From positions 1-24,142 of IMG/VR virus record IMGVR_UViG_3300028588_000083: a stretch of DNA of 24,142 nucleotides; one strand, 5' to 3'. Made by a program: the position numbers and the translations under genes. The DNA is from a virus (lineage: Duplodnaviria; Caudoviricetes). Position 1 is the first letter of the stretch. Each line of letters opens with the position of its first letter. This document shows, in pieces, positions 17,001 through 24,142 of this stretch. Below the pieces are notes generated by a model that saw only the letters and a list, made by a program, of their open reading frames with translations, made no database searches and had not been told where the DNA came from.

Positions 17001-18758
17001 GCCACCTACACCGTCATTGGCGAACCGCAGGTCGAAGTGGGCACCCCGAGCGGCGCCGGCTTTGTCTGGGCGGGTCGCGACTGCAAGATCAACTGGCGCT
17101 ACAACTCGACCACGCACTCCTACGAATTCGGCTCCGAACCGTCCGGCGGCGATGCCGGTGCGCTCGATCCGCACTTCAAGGACTACCAGATCAAGGTGTT
17201 CAACCAGGACGGCAAGACACTGCGCCGCACCGAGTACACGACGGACAATAGCTATGTCTACATCTACGACAAGAATTTCTCGGATGGCCTGTCGCGCCAT
17301 CTGGTGTTCGAAGTGCGCATGCGCGACACCTTCAACAATCTTGGCGAGCCGGCTGTTCTGGAAGCAAGCAACCCGGCGCCGCGCATCGTTGCCACCAGTG
17401 TCGCCCCGACGTTTGAATCGGCAACCCTGTCCTACACGCATTCGGAAGACCCGGACTTCGCCGGCGCTATGGTGTGGCTGTCGCAGAACCAATCGAACCT
17501 GGCGCCGCAGATTCCCGATGACGCTTATCTGGTCTACAAAGGCCCGGATACGTCGATGGTGCTGTCGCAGCTGATGTTCGCGGCGAATTATTACTACCGC
17601 ATCGCCGCCTACGACGCATTTGGCGCCAGCGAACTGATCCCGACCGGCGTCAAGAGCTTCAAGACCACCAACCTGAACGTGGAAGCGATCGCTGACGGTG
17701 TGCTTGGTGACTCCAAGCTCATTCCCGAACTGCAGGGGCGCATCAACCTGATCGACGCCAACGAGTTCGTGGCGGGCAGTGTGAACGCACGTGTGAAATA
17801 CCTGCGCGATGCCGTGTTCAACGGCCCCAGCGGTCTTCCAGTGGCTCTGGCGGCCATTGCGGACATCAACGACGTGTCGGCCACGTCCAATTCTGCCGCT
17901 GCGCGCGAACTACACACCGTCAAGGCCCAGGTCAACGATGCCAAGACGGGCCTGCCGGCGGCAATGGCATCGATCAATGCACTGAACGATGTATCGGCAA
18001 CCAGTGCATCGGCCGCGGCCAAGTCGCTGTATCAGGTCACTTCGCGCCTGAATAACATCGGCGGCGTGACCATCGAACAGGCGTACCAGACCCAGGCCAA
18101 TGCAGTAGATGGCCTGAAGGGCCAGTACACGGTCAAGATCGACAACAACGGTTATGTATCGGGCTTCGGCCTGGCGTCGTACAGCAACGGCGCCGGTGAG
18201 ACGACGTCCGAGTTCATCATCAATGCTGACAAGTTCGGCGTGGTCATGCCGGGTGCCCCGGGCGTCAAGCCGTTCACCATCGGCAAGGTCAACGGCATCC
18301 CGCGCGTGATCATGTCGAATGCCCTGATCGGTGACGCCAGCATTTCCAGCGCCATGATCGGCAACGCGCAGATCAACAGCCTGAAGATTCAGGGCGAAGC
18401 GGTCACGGTCCCGATCGTGTCGTCCTCCCCCGATCGTGCCAAGCGCGGTCGTGGCGAAAACGTCTGGGACGTCATCAACGAAGGCTGGATCAATCTCGAC
18501 CAGGCCGGCATGGTCTACATCCTCGTCACCGGCGCGCAGGGTTTTGCCAAGAACGACCGCTTCTGGGCCTTCCAGGTATGGATCGACGGTCTCGGCCCGT
18601 ACCGCGTGATCATGGGCCGCCAGGCGAACGACGCGCCGGTCCTGTCGGTCATTGCCGGTCTTTCGGCCGGCACTCACCACGTTGAAGTGAAGTGGTCCGC
18701 ACACTCGGACGTCATTCAAGGCTACTGCGATCTTTTCATGATGGGCGTAAAAAAATGA
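14055..18758 (+). CDS. Central tail fibre/host specificity protein (gpI-gpJ fusion), 1567 aa
   Basis: N-terminal ubiquitin-like segment, hydrophobic helix and GIPVPVCYG (gpI-like). GEGPV, YPNTALI, SSNPAWI, GDLI, FN3-like repeats and YTVKIDNNGYVSGFGL (gpJ-like). Confidence 0.9.
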   Translation: MSDKKQRKAKRHLIPVIRILNPFDPRQQERTELVWGGKKTLADYFPLTEKDPIVLSVSGRIVQREDFARTYLGKTDNIVLCPIPAGGGGGKSILAMVAMIAVAVAAPYLAAGLNGAFGMATVTAAGALTTTGMMVSAGFAVAGSLLVNTIFAPSVPTNTAQDVKSSYGIDGAKNTSVEGIPVPVCYGKFRTAGNILGLYTTTDGDDNQTLFMLISAGEGPVASITDIEINDNPITDYHDVEVQTRLGLANQTVVPWFNDTVTAINKGQKLTTDWFYSTTTKPVDKLRLDFTAPSGLGEIDTKSGGTKSHSVDIDIEYRKVGESVWASLPVATDIIAWETATRTVDGNWSGFGGMIEDVATRAYLNGTGPTIDNGDGTYSARYPVYSGGVRITGEKRSAVRRSYTTDKLDNVNYEIRVRRVGAKSTKDNIIDEIYLADVNEITLEDMSYPNTALIALKVKMTDQLSGVPNVTFLNGGKIVSVYDGSNWGVDASSNPAWIVWDILTNQRYGGGMPTARLDLVDFHEFAQYCELADLTWNGPIETETNVWDACQMVLRVGHSQLVPSGTRYSVITEKPSAPVMMFSVANMIQNSYKETWLGTADRANEVDITFFDRTDKYKQRTIKVYDPAALAAGAPQRNSAVTLYGVVDYEKAYREAQFQLNLNRFILKTITFGAPLEAIACRVGDLILVQTDLTDWAQAGRFNSGSTTSIMQLDRPVTMATGKTYSLLIQRDAVRRSTGTVTRVIGNSISLQGVDPNSLSVKRMQVAGRDVGIDATFAGGVIVQDSTGIAPGQEYSLWDTDVIEEHAVVATAGTSETVKLQMPLSDVPPQFSNWMFGEAQKVKKPFRIKSITGDTEYRRDITAIEYREEVYDYTRYGSNTPVVTNPNTPIGPVGSLAVYEETYIAGESIATSVVASWAPSVVGLYAGADVYVEKNGAPAEKISEVKNRTSAVIQATRGDVLKVRIVAFDIFGKRSQYESAPVATYTVIGEPQVEVGTPSGAGFVWAGRDCKINWRYNSTTHSYEFGSEPSGGDAGALDPHFKDYQIKVFNQDGKTLRRTEYTTDNSYVYIYDKNFSDGLSRHLVFEVRMRDTFNNLGEPAVLEASNPAPRIVATSVAPTFESATLSYTHSEDPDFAGAMVWLSQNQSNLAPQIPDDAYLVYKGPDTSMVLSQLMFAANYYYRIAAYDAFGASELIPTGVKSFKTTNLNVEAIADGVLGDSKLIPELQGRINLIDANEFVAGSVNARVKYLRDAVFNGPSGLPVALAAIADINDVSATSNSAAARELHTVKAQVNDAKTGLPAAMASINALNDVSATSASAAAKSLYQVTSRLNNIGGVTIEQAYQTQANAVDGLKGQYTVKIDNNGYVSGFGLASYSNGAGETTSEFIINADKFGVVMPGAPGVKPFTIGKVNGIPRVIMSNALIGDASISSAMIGNAQINSLKIQGEAVTVPIVSSSPDRAKRGRGENVWDVINEGWINLDQAGMVYILVTGAQGFAKNDRFWAFQVWIDGLGPYRVIMGRQANDAPVLSVIAGLSAGTHHVEVKWSAHSDVIQGYCDLFMMGVKK
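17832..18055 (+). repeat. 39-aa (117-bp) degenerate tandem repeat in the gpJ coiled-coil shaft
   Basis: GLPVALAAIADINDVSATSNSAAARELHTVKAQVN versus GLPAAMASINALNDVSATSASAAAKSLYQVTSRLN, starting at 17832 and 17949. Confidence 0.8.
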
Positions 18759-19213
18759 GCATTCAATATACCGTCTACGACACCACCACCGGCGCGATTT
18801 TGCGTACCGGTACGGCGCTGACCGAAGCGTCGGCGCGTCTGCAGGGCAGCAAGCCCGGCACCAGTGTGACGCTGGTCGGCAGTGATCCGGCCAACGAAAT
18901 CATCGATGTCAATCCGATCGGCATTGACCCGAGCACGCTGCCGCGGCAAAACATGCAGGTCAACGGCACCGCGACTTCCGTCAACAAGACGGCGATAACC
19001 GCCAACGGCGTCGATACCATCGTCATTTCCCCGGTGCCCAATGGCGCAGCGTATGACATCTACCTGCCTGCCAACCTGGGGCTGGTGCAGCCACCAGACG
19101 GCATCATCACTGACGGTCAGCTGATACTGACCACGACGGTGCGCGGCATCTACAGCGTCAAAGTGTCCTTCCAAACCTTCCTCGACTTCACGGTGAGCTT
19201 CAATGCGAATTGA
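18755..19213 (+). CDS. Tail tip accessory protein downstream of gpJ, ~152 aa
   Basis: ATGA overlap with the gpJ stop. Beta-rich, N-terminal YTVYDTTTGAILRTG. Function inferred from position only. Confidence 0.6.
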   Translation: MSIQYTVYDTTTGAILRTGTALTEASARLQGSKPGTSVTLVGSDPANEIIDVNPIGIDPSTLPRQNMQVNGTATSVNKTAITANGVDTIVISPVPNGAAYDIYLPANLGLVQPPDGIITDGQLILTTTVRGIYSVKVSFQTFLDFTVSFNAN

Positions 19214-20636
19214 TATCCGACCAGCCAACGGCACGCAGCTTAGCAACTTGAAAGCAGTGCCAAACAACGTCAAGACCATCGACTTGTCCTGGACGCTGCC
19301 AATCAACGATACCGGCTATCGGGCCGCGCAAATCTGGGTCAATACGATCAATGACGTAGAAAGCGCCTCGCTCGTGACGACGGTTGGCGGCAATTTCTAC
19401 AGCTACCTGGCGCCAGACACCGCTTCGCGCTACTTCTGGATTCGCACCGTCAATGAGTGGAATCGTACCGATGGTCCATTCACCGGTCCGGCGCAGGCGC
19501 AGGCAAAGCTGATGACGACCGGTGACATTGGCGTCTTCGACCTTGCCACCGCCAACATCATCAACAAGCTTTCGGTTGCCAATATCACCGGCCTGGGGGC
19601 GCTGGCGACCATCAGTAAAGTGGACGCCTCGACGCAGGTGAACAACCTTGGCAACCTGGCGTTCGCCAACCGCGTTTATGCAGACGAGATTGGCGTCGGC
19701 ACACTGGCGGCGGGCGTCATTTACGCCGGCACCATCAGCGCCGACAAGGTTACTGCGGGAACACTGACCGGTCAGACGATTCAGACGTCCACCGGCTCGA
19801 CCCGCGTCGTCATCAATGAAGCGGCCGGCAATAACATCAAGGTCTACTACAACGGCACCATGTCGGCGCAAATTGGCGGCGGTGGTTCGGCAGCAGCCAT
19901 TGGCATCAATTACGCCAACAGCGGCAATGCGGGCATCAGTGTCTCCAACTCAAGCAACTTCGGAGCCATCATCAGTGGCGCGCGCGGGGCCAGCATCAGC
20001 GGCGGCAGCGGCGGCCTCGACGTCAGTTCTTCGTCCGGCAATGCGATCACGATTGCCTCCGGGTCGAACGGCATTGTTCAAAACGGCGGCGGAACGAATT
20101 GGCTTCGCACCCTTGTTCCCGCAAACGATAACGCCTGGTCGCTCGGCTACACCGGCCAACGATGGACGGAAGTTTATGCCGCCTCTTCGACCATTGTCAC
20201 TTCCGATGAGCGCACCAAGACCGACATCAAAGACACCACTGTCGGCCTGTCGTTTATCGAAAGCCTGCGCCCGGTAACGTATCGCCAACGCATTTCAAAA
20301 CGCATCGTCAACGACCTGAAGCAAGACGAAGTCGACATCAAGGATGAAGTGCCTTTTGTCGGCCCGAAACCGCTGCCTTATACCGTGACCGAGATTACCG
20401 GCGCAAGGCCGCACCATGGCTTGATCGCGCAAGAAGTGAAGCAGGCCATGACCAGCCACGGCATCGAAGACGCGGCGTTTTGGGGTATGGACAATCCGGC
20501 CGATGAAAATTCGCAACAGTTTTTGCGCTACGAAGAACTGATTGCGCCCTTGATCAAGGCGGTGCAGGAGTTAAGCGCCGTGGTAAAAGCGCAAGGCGAA
20601 CGCATTGCGGCCCTGGAAGGGGTCGCTCGATTGTAA
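19203..20636 (+). CDS. Tail fibre/spike protein with N-terminal FN3-like domain and C-terminal intramolecular chaperone (peptidase S74), 477 aa
   Basis: IDLSW...YFWIRTVN (FN3-like), ISADKVTAGTLTG, Gly/Ser-rich beta region, and SDERTKTDI...HGLIAQEV...LRYEELIAPLIKAVQEL (S74). Confidence 0.85.
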   Translation: MRIDIRPANGTQLSNLKAVPNNVKTIDLSWTLPINDTGYRAAQIWVNTINDVESASLVTTVGGNFYSYLAPDTASRYFWIRTVNEWNRTDGPFTGPAQAQAKLMTTGDIGVFDLATANIINKLSVANITGLGALATISKVDASTQVNNLGNLAFANRVYADEIGVGTLAAGVIYAGTISADKVTAGTLTGQTIQTSTGSTRVVINEAAGNNIKVYYNGTMSAQIGGGGSAAAIGINYANSGNAGISVSNSSNFGAIISGARGASISGGSGGLDVSSSSGNAITIASGSNGIVQNGGGTNWLRTLVPANDNAWSLGYTGQRWTEVYAASSTIVTSDERTKTDIKDTTVGLSFIESLRPVTYRQRISKRIVNDLKQDEVDIKDEVPFVGPKPLPYTVTEITGARPHHGLIAQEVKQAMTSHGIEDAAFWGMDNPADENSQQFLRYEELIAPLIKAVQELSAVVKAQGERIAALEGVARL

Positions 20637-20660
20637 GTCATCACTGACTTATGGTATGCT
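20631..20660 (+). promoter_or_regulatory. Palindromic box 5 (TAAGTCATCACTGACTTA, 20634-20651) inside a putative promoter for the long fibre gene
   Basis: Perfect 7-bp arms. TTGTAA 20631-20636, 18-nt spacer, extended -10 TG-G-TATGCT 20652-20660. Confidence 0.75.
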
Positions 20661-20686
20661 CATGGCCAACTTTTCTAGGGTTGGTC

Positions 20687-23600
20687 ATGGCACAAATTAA
20701 GAAAACCTGCTCCGTCACGAACAACAGCCAGGTCGTCACCGTCAGTGGTGGCGATCTGACTGCGCGCATCAAGCGCAATCATGTTTTTCTGGTCGAGGGC
20801 GAGCTTGTGCCTTACACGATCGCCCAGGATAGCGTTTTCGATGGCACCAACACCATCGTCACCCTTACCGGCGTCTACAAAGGTGCAACCAGCGCCTTGG
20901 CGTCAGGCGTATTCGCCGTCGACGTCACCTACCCGGACATGATCCCCACCATCGCGCAAGGCGACGTGGGCACGGCGGCCATCTTTTCCCAAGCCATGTA
21001 CCGCATTCAGGACATGGTCAACTCCGTTTCGCCTGGCGGTCTGGCGCAGTACACTCAGTACTGGACCGATGTACGCGACTGGAATGCAAACGTCTCCGGC
21101 TGGCGTACCGAAATTTCCGGCTGGCGTACCGAAACCCTGACGGCGCGCGACCTGTCGCAGAAATGGGCAAGCCAGGCAAGCGGTACTGTCGACGGCACCA
21201 ATTACAGCGCCAAATACCATGCCCTCGCAACCGCCGCTGTTGCCGCAACGGTGGCCACGGCGGTGCAAGATGCGCAGAAATGGGCAACCAGCACCAGCCT
21301 GATCGACGGCACCAGCTATGGTGCAAAGAAGTATGCGACCGACGCCGGCGCCAGCGCAACCCTGGCAAACAACTGGTCCACTTCCCTCACCGTGGTCTCT
21401 GGTGGCCTGTATGGCGCGCGCTACTACGCGAACGATGCATCGACCAGCGCCACCCTGGCCAAGAACTGGGCCACCAAAACCGGCAGTGAAGTCGTTGCCG
21501 GCCAGGGTTATTCGGCCAAGGAATACGCGCTGCAGGCCAGCGACTCGGCAGTCATTGCTGACGCCAGCGCGGACGCGGCTGCAATCTCGCAAGGCACGGC
21601 AAGCACCGCGGCGCAAACCGCAACCCAGAAAGCCAGCGACGCCACGACCGCGGCGCAAACCGCAACCCAGAAAGCCAGTGATGCCGCCGGAAGTGCCACC
21701 GCGGCCGGAAATTCCGCAACTTCGGCAGCGACGTCCGCGACCACCGCCGGCACCGCAAAGACCGCGGCAGAAGCTGCGCGCGACACCGCCGAAGACTGGG
21801 CTGAAGTCGCGCAAGCCGCGGCCCAAACGGCAACCGGTGGCCAGATTCAATCCGACTGGGCACAAACCGACAGCACGAAGAAGGACTTCATCAAGGGCAA
21901 GCCGGACTTGTCGCAAAAGGCGAATGTCGCGGGCAACTCTGCACAAGATTTCTCCGGTAAGGTTGTGTACGCCGCGACCAGCTTTATCGCCAACGGCGTG
22001 AACTATGCGACCTTGCAGGGCGGCGCTACCGGCGTGGCCCCCGCCCTGATCGCCTCGGGTGCTGACGCCAACGTGGGTATGTATTTCGGAGTAAAGGGCG
22101 TCGGCGGGTACAACTTTGCCAATGGCGCAGGGGCGTCCATGTTCCGCCTCGATACCGTGTCGAATGCGGTGAATTACCTTAGTGCGACCAATGGCGCGAC
22201 CGGAAGCGCGCCCAAGCTACAAGCTGTCGGTGCCGATGCCGATATTGGCATGTCGTTTGTCGCAAAGGGTCGCGGCGTCTTGAATTTCTATGACGGCGGC
22301 GGAAACCCCATCCTGCGTTTGACAGGCGTGACAAATCCGGCGAATTGCCTCAAGATCATCAATTCGCCCAGCGGCGATTTTCCGAAGCTCGCGGTAGAAG
22401 GCGGCTCAAATACCGGCATTAACTATGTGACGAACGGTCAAGGCGCTCACCAGTTCTCTGCTGGCAGCACGATCCATTTTGCCGTAGGTGTTTTCGACAG
22501 TCAGGCAAACAGCTATCTGACTGCATCAGGCGGATCAGGAGTTGCCGCGCTTCGGGTGGACGGAAGCTCGACAAACGCCGGCATGGACTTTATCGGCAAG
22601 GGCACCGGCAAATTCAACTTCAAGAACGGCCTTGCGTCGCAGCTTGTCGTTCAGACCGTGGTCAATGCGGTCAACTACGTCAATACCAAGGCTTCGCTTT
22701 CCGGCGCCGGCGTATCCGTGTACGCCGATGGTTCCGACGCCAATATCGATCTTCTGCTGCAGCCGAAAGGCACCGGTCGTGCGCTTCTGTATGGCAATGC
22801 GTCGACCGCTACGAAACTGGAGACCGCCCGTCTGATCAATGGCGTCGCCTTCGACGGCACGCAGGACATTACCCTGCCGGGTGGTGCTGACAAAGTGCCG
22901 CTCGATGGCTCGGCCCAGATGACCGGCTCGCTTGGTTTCGCAAGCGGCTTCGGCGTCACTCTGCCGGACGGCACCTACACGCCGCGCATGCGAAACGCGG
23001 GCCTGGGCAAAATGGTATTCGACAACGCCTTGAACAGCGATGTCGCCATGACGCTCGACTTCAAGACTGGCAAGGCGACGTTCAATTACATGATGGTAGG
23101 CGACTTGCAGGGTAATCTGCTTGGCAACGCTTCGACCGCCTCTCGTCTGAATGGCTCGGTGACAATCAATGGCGTTTCCTTCAATGGCTCGCAAAGCATT
23201 ACCGTGCCAGCCGATGCCAGCACGACCGCTGCTATTGCGGCAAAAGAGCCTGCTCTTGGCACCAGTAGTAGCGCCTACTACCTGCGCGGTGATCGCGTCT
23301 GGACGTATTTCGAAGGAAGCGTACAGGCGACGCGGGTCGGTACATTGTCCAGCGGACCAACGGCGCCGGTTCTCGCCAGCGATACATTCACCGCGGCCAT
23401 AAACAAACTCAATAATTCGGCGGCGCTGGCGGAAGCGGTTGCGAACAAAAACGCAGCCAGCGGTTACGCAGGGCTGAACGCGTCCAAGCAGTTGCTGCTG
23501 CCGCACTCTGACAGTGCGCTTCTTTCAATCCTGGGGCACGCCAATACTGCCGTGCGCACGTACCAACTGCCCGACAAAAACGGCACGGTAGCGATGCTGT

Positions 23601-23959
23601 CGGACCTGAGCACGCTGAACAACCCGACGATCACCGGCTACAAAGAGACGACGCAACTTCTGTCAGGTGTCTCCGGCACGATCAACATTGTGCCCAGTGA
23701 AGGCACCATCTTTGACATCACCACGGCGGGCAATCTGACGATCAACCTGCCGGCCTACGAGGCGGGTCGCAGCTACGGCGTGAACATCAAGTACGGCGCA
23801 ACTGGTCATACCGTCACCTTTGTGTTCGGTACTGGTGGCGGTTCGTGGGTTGGTGGCTCGACTCCTGTCGCTACATCCGTGGTCGGAAAGATCGATCAGT
23901 ACCTGTTCAACTGTATGCATTTCAAGACCGTGGGCAAAGACGGCGGGAGGAACGCCTGA
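20687..23959 (+). CDS. Long side tail fibre protein, ~1090 aa
   Basis: Start moved to ATG 20687 because ATG 20651 lies in the promoter/box. Ala/Thr-rich coiled coil, QSDW.Q.D....DFIKGKP, repeated beta modules, GNASTATKL...INGV.FDG...I fibre repeats. Confidence 0.85.
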   Translation: MAQIKKTCSVTNNSQVVTVSGGDLTARIKRNHVFLVEGELVPYTIAQDSVFDGTNTIVTLTGVYKGATSALASGVFAVDVTYPDMIPTIAQGDVGTAAIFSQAMYRIQDMVNSVSPGGLAQYTQYWTDVRDWNANVSGWRTEISGWRTETLTARDLSQKWASQASGTVDGTNYSAKYHALATAAVAATVATAVQDAQKWATSTSLIDGTSYGAKKYATDAGASATLANNWSTSLTVVSGGLYGARYYANDASTSATLAKNWATKTGSEVVAGQGYSAKEYALQASDSAVIADASADAAAISQGTASTAAQTATQKASDATTAAQTATQKASDAAGSATAAGNSATSAATSATTAGTAKTAAEAARDTAEDWAEVAQAAAQTATGGQIQSDWAQTDSTKKDFIKGKPDLSQKANVAGNSAQDFSGKVVYAATSFIANGVNYATLQGGATGVAPALIASGADANVGMYFGVKGVGGYNFANGAGASMFRLDTVSNAVNYLSATNGATGSAPKLQAVGADADIGMSFVAKGRGVLNFYDGGGNPILRLTGVTNPANCLKIINSPSGDFPKLAVEGGSNTGINYVTNGQGAHQFSAGSTIHFAVGVFDSQANSYLTASGGSGVAALRVDGSSTNAGMDFIGKGTGKFNFKNGLASQLVVQTVVNAVNYVNTKASLSGAGVSVYADGSDANIDLLLQPKGTGRALLYGNASTATKLETARLINGVAFDGTQDITLPGGADKVPLDGSAQMTGSLGFASGFGVTLPDGTYTPRMRNAGLGKMVFDNALNSDVAMTLDFKTGKATFNYMMVGDLQGNLLGNASTASRLNGSVTINGVSFNGSQSITVPADASTTAAIAAKEPALGTSSSAYYLRGDRVWTYFEGSVQATRVGTLSSGPTAPVLASDTFTAAINKLNNSAALAEAVANKNAASGYAGLNASKQLLLPHSDSALLSILGHANTAVRTYQLPDKNGTVAMLSDLSTLNNPTITGYKETTQLLSGVSGTINIVPSEGTIFDITTAGNLTINLPAYEAGRSYGVNIKYGATGHTVTFVFGTGGGSWVGGSTPVATSVVGKIDQYLFNCMHFKTVGKDGGRNA
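21095..21134 (+). repeat. 19-bp exact direct repeat, 21-bp period (one heptad, SGWRTE)
   Basis: TCCGGCTGGCGTACCGAAA at 21095-21113 and 21116-21134. Confidence 0.9.
21605..21678 (+). repeat. 32-bp exact direct repeat, 42-bp period (two heptads, TAAQTATQKASDA)
   Basis: ACCGCGGCGCAAACCGCAACCCAGAAAGCCAG at 21605-21636 and 21647-21678. Confidence 0.9.
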
Positions 23960-24142
23960 TGTTCGCGGCTAATTGCGCTGTAGCACGCCCCACTCCCACA
24001 GGACAGTACGAGATTTCCGGTCCCGGTACGTATTTCTGGACCTGTCCGGCCAATGTGTACTTCGTGCATGGCGTGATCATCGCTCCGGGCGGCAACTTCG
24101 TATCTGGTACTGGTGGCGGTAATGGTGGCGCGCTGGCTTGGA
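23959..24142 (+). CDS. Glycine-rich tail fibre-associated protein (partial, runs off window; absent from ORF track)
   Basis: GGGAGG RBS 23945-23950 and TGATG overlap. Reads MFAANCAVARPTPTGQYEISGPGTYFWTCPANVYFVHGVIIAPGGNFVSGTGGGNGGALAW with no stop. Confidence 0.75.
   Translation, partial: MFAANCAVARPTPTGQYEISGPGTYFWTCPANVYFVHGVIIAPGGNFVSGTGGGNGGALAW

Larger units (their letters stand above)
1..24142 (+). mobile_element. Siphovirus-type phage/prophage virion morphogenesis region
   Basis: Uninterrupted co-oriented head, neck, tail, tip and fibre genes. No sheath or baseplate wedge genes. Confidence 0.93.

Noticed and set aside
7908-17492. Long minus-strand ORFs (1083 aa, 512 aa, 1174 aa) and many other antisense or alternate-frame ORFs
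   Set aside because: They are shadows of GC-biased codon usage in recognisable + strand genes, with no motifs or RBS support.
2530-20651. Palindromic boxes as CRISPR repeats, REP elements or terminators
   Set aside because: They are kilobases apart with no spacer array, have AT-rich arms with a variable centre, have no U tract, and overlap promoter elements. A recombination or partition-site role is not excluded but is less consistent with that placement.
20651-20686. ORF-track start MVCSWPTFLGLV for the long fibre (likewise starts at 13622 and 18692)
   Set aside because: ATG 20651 lies within box 5 and the -10 region. The starts at 13694 and 18755 give stop/start coupling, and 20687 lies downstream of the promoter.
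18755-24142. Invertible fibre cassette or diversity-generating retroelement
   Set aside because: No inverted genes, inverted crossover repeats, invertase, reverse transcriptase or adenine-variant TR/VR pair is visible in the window.
1-24142. Tailocin, contractile injection system or gene transfer agent
   Set aside because: Head genes are present (not a tailocin) and there is no sheath or baseplate (not contractile). The very long TMP and multiple fibres differ from RcGTA-type clusters. Domestication cannot be judged without flanking sequence.

Overview
The whole window is one + strand morphogenesis module of a long-tailed (siphovirus-type) dsDNA phage or prophage in GC-rich DNA. Gene order: portal, scaffold, major capsid, small HeH-like protein, head-tail adaptor, minor head protein, head closure, tail terminator, HK97 gp10-like protein, major tail tube, tail assembly chaperones G/GT, a 1517-aa tape measure, lambda M/L/K/I-J-like tail tip genes, and three fibre or accessory genes (the last truncated by the window edge). 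There is no sheath, baseplate, terminase, lysis, integrase or regulator gene here, so lifestyle and host cannot be determined. Protein calls come from recognised motifs and synteny, not database searches. Main non-routine observations: (1) an 18-bp palindrome, TMAGTCA-N4-TGACTTA, occurs five times, always at gene junctions and always overlapping sigma70-like promoter elements, suggesting a distributed operator regulon over the late genes; (2) the major tail tube gene has an in-frame TAG 28 codons before its apparent true end; (3) a lambda-type GGGAAAG -1 frameshift site; (4) a probable leaderless mRNA for the gpL-like gene; (5) related hairpins with AG(C/A)GA loops upstream of the scaffold and capsid genes.
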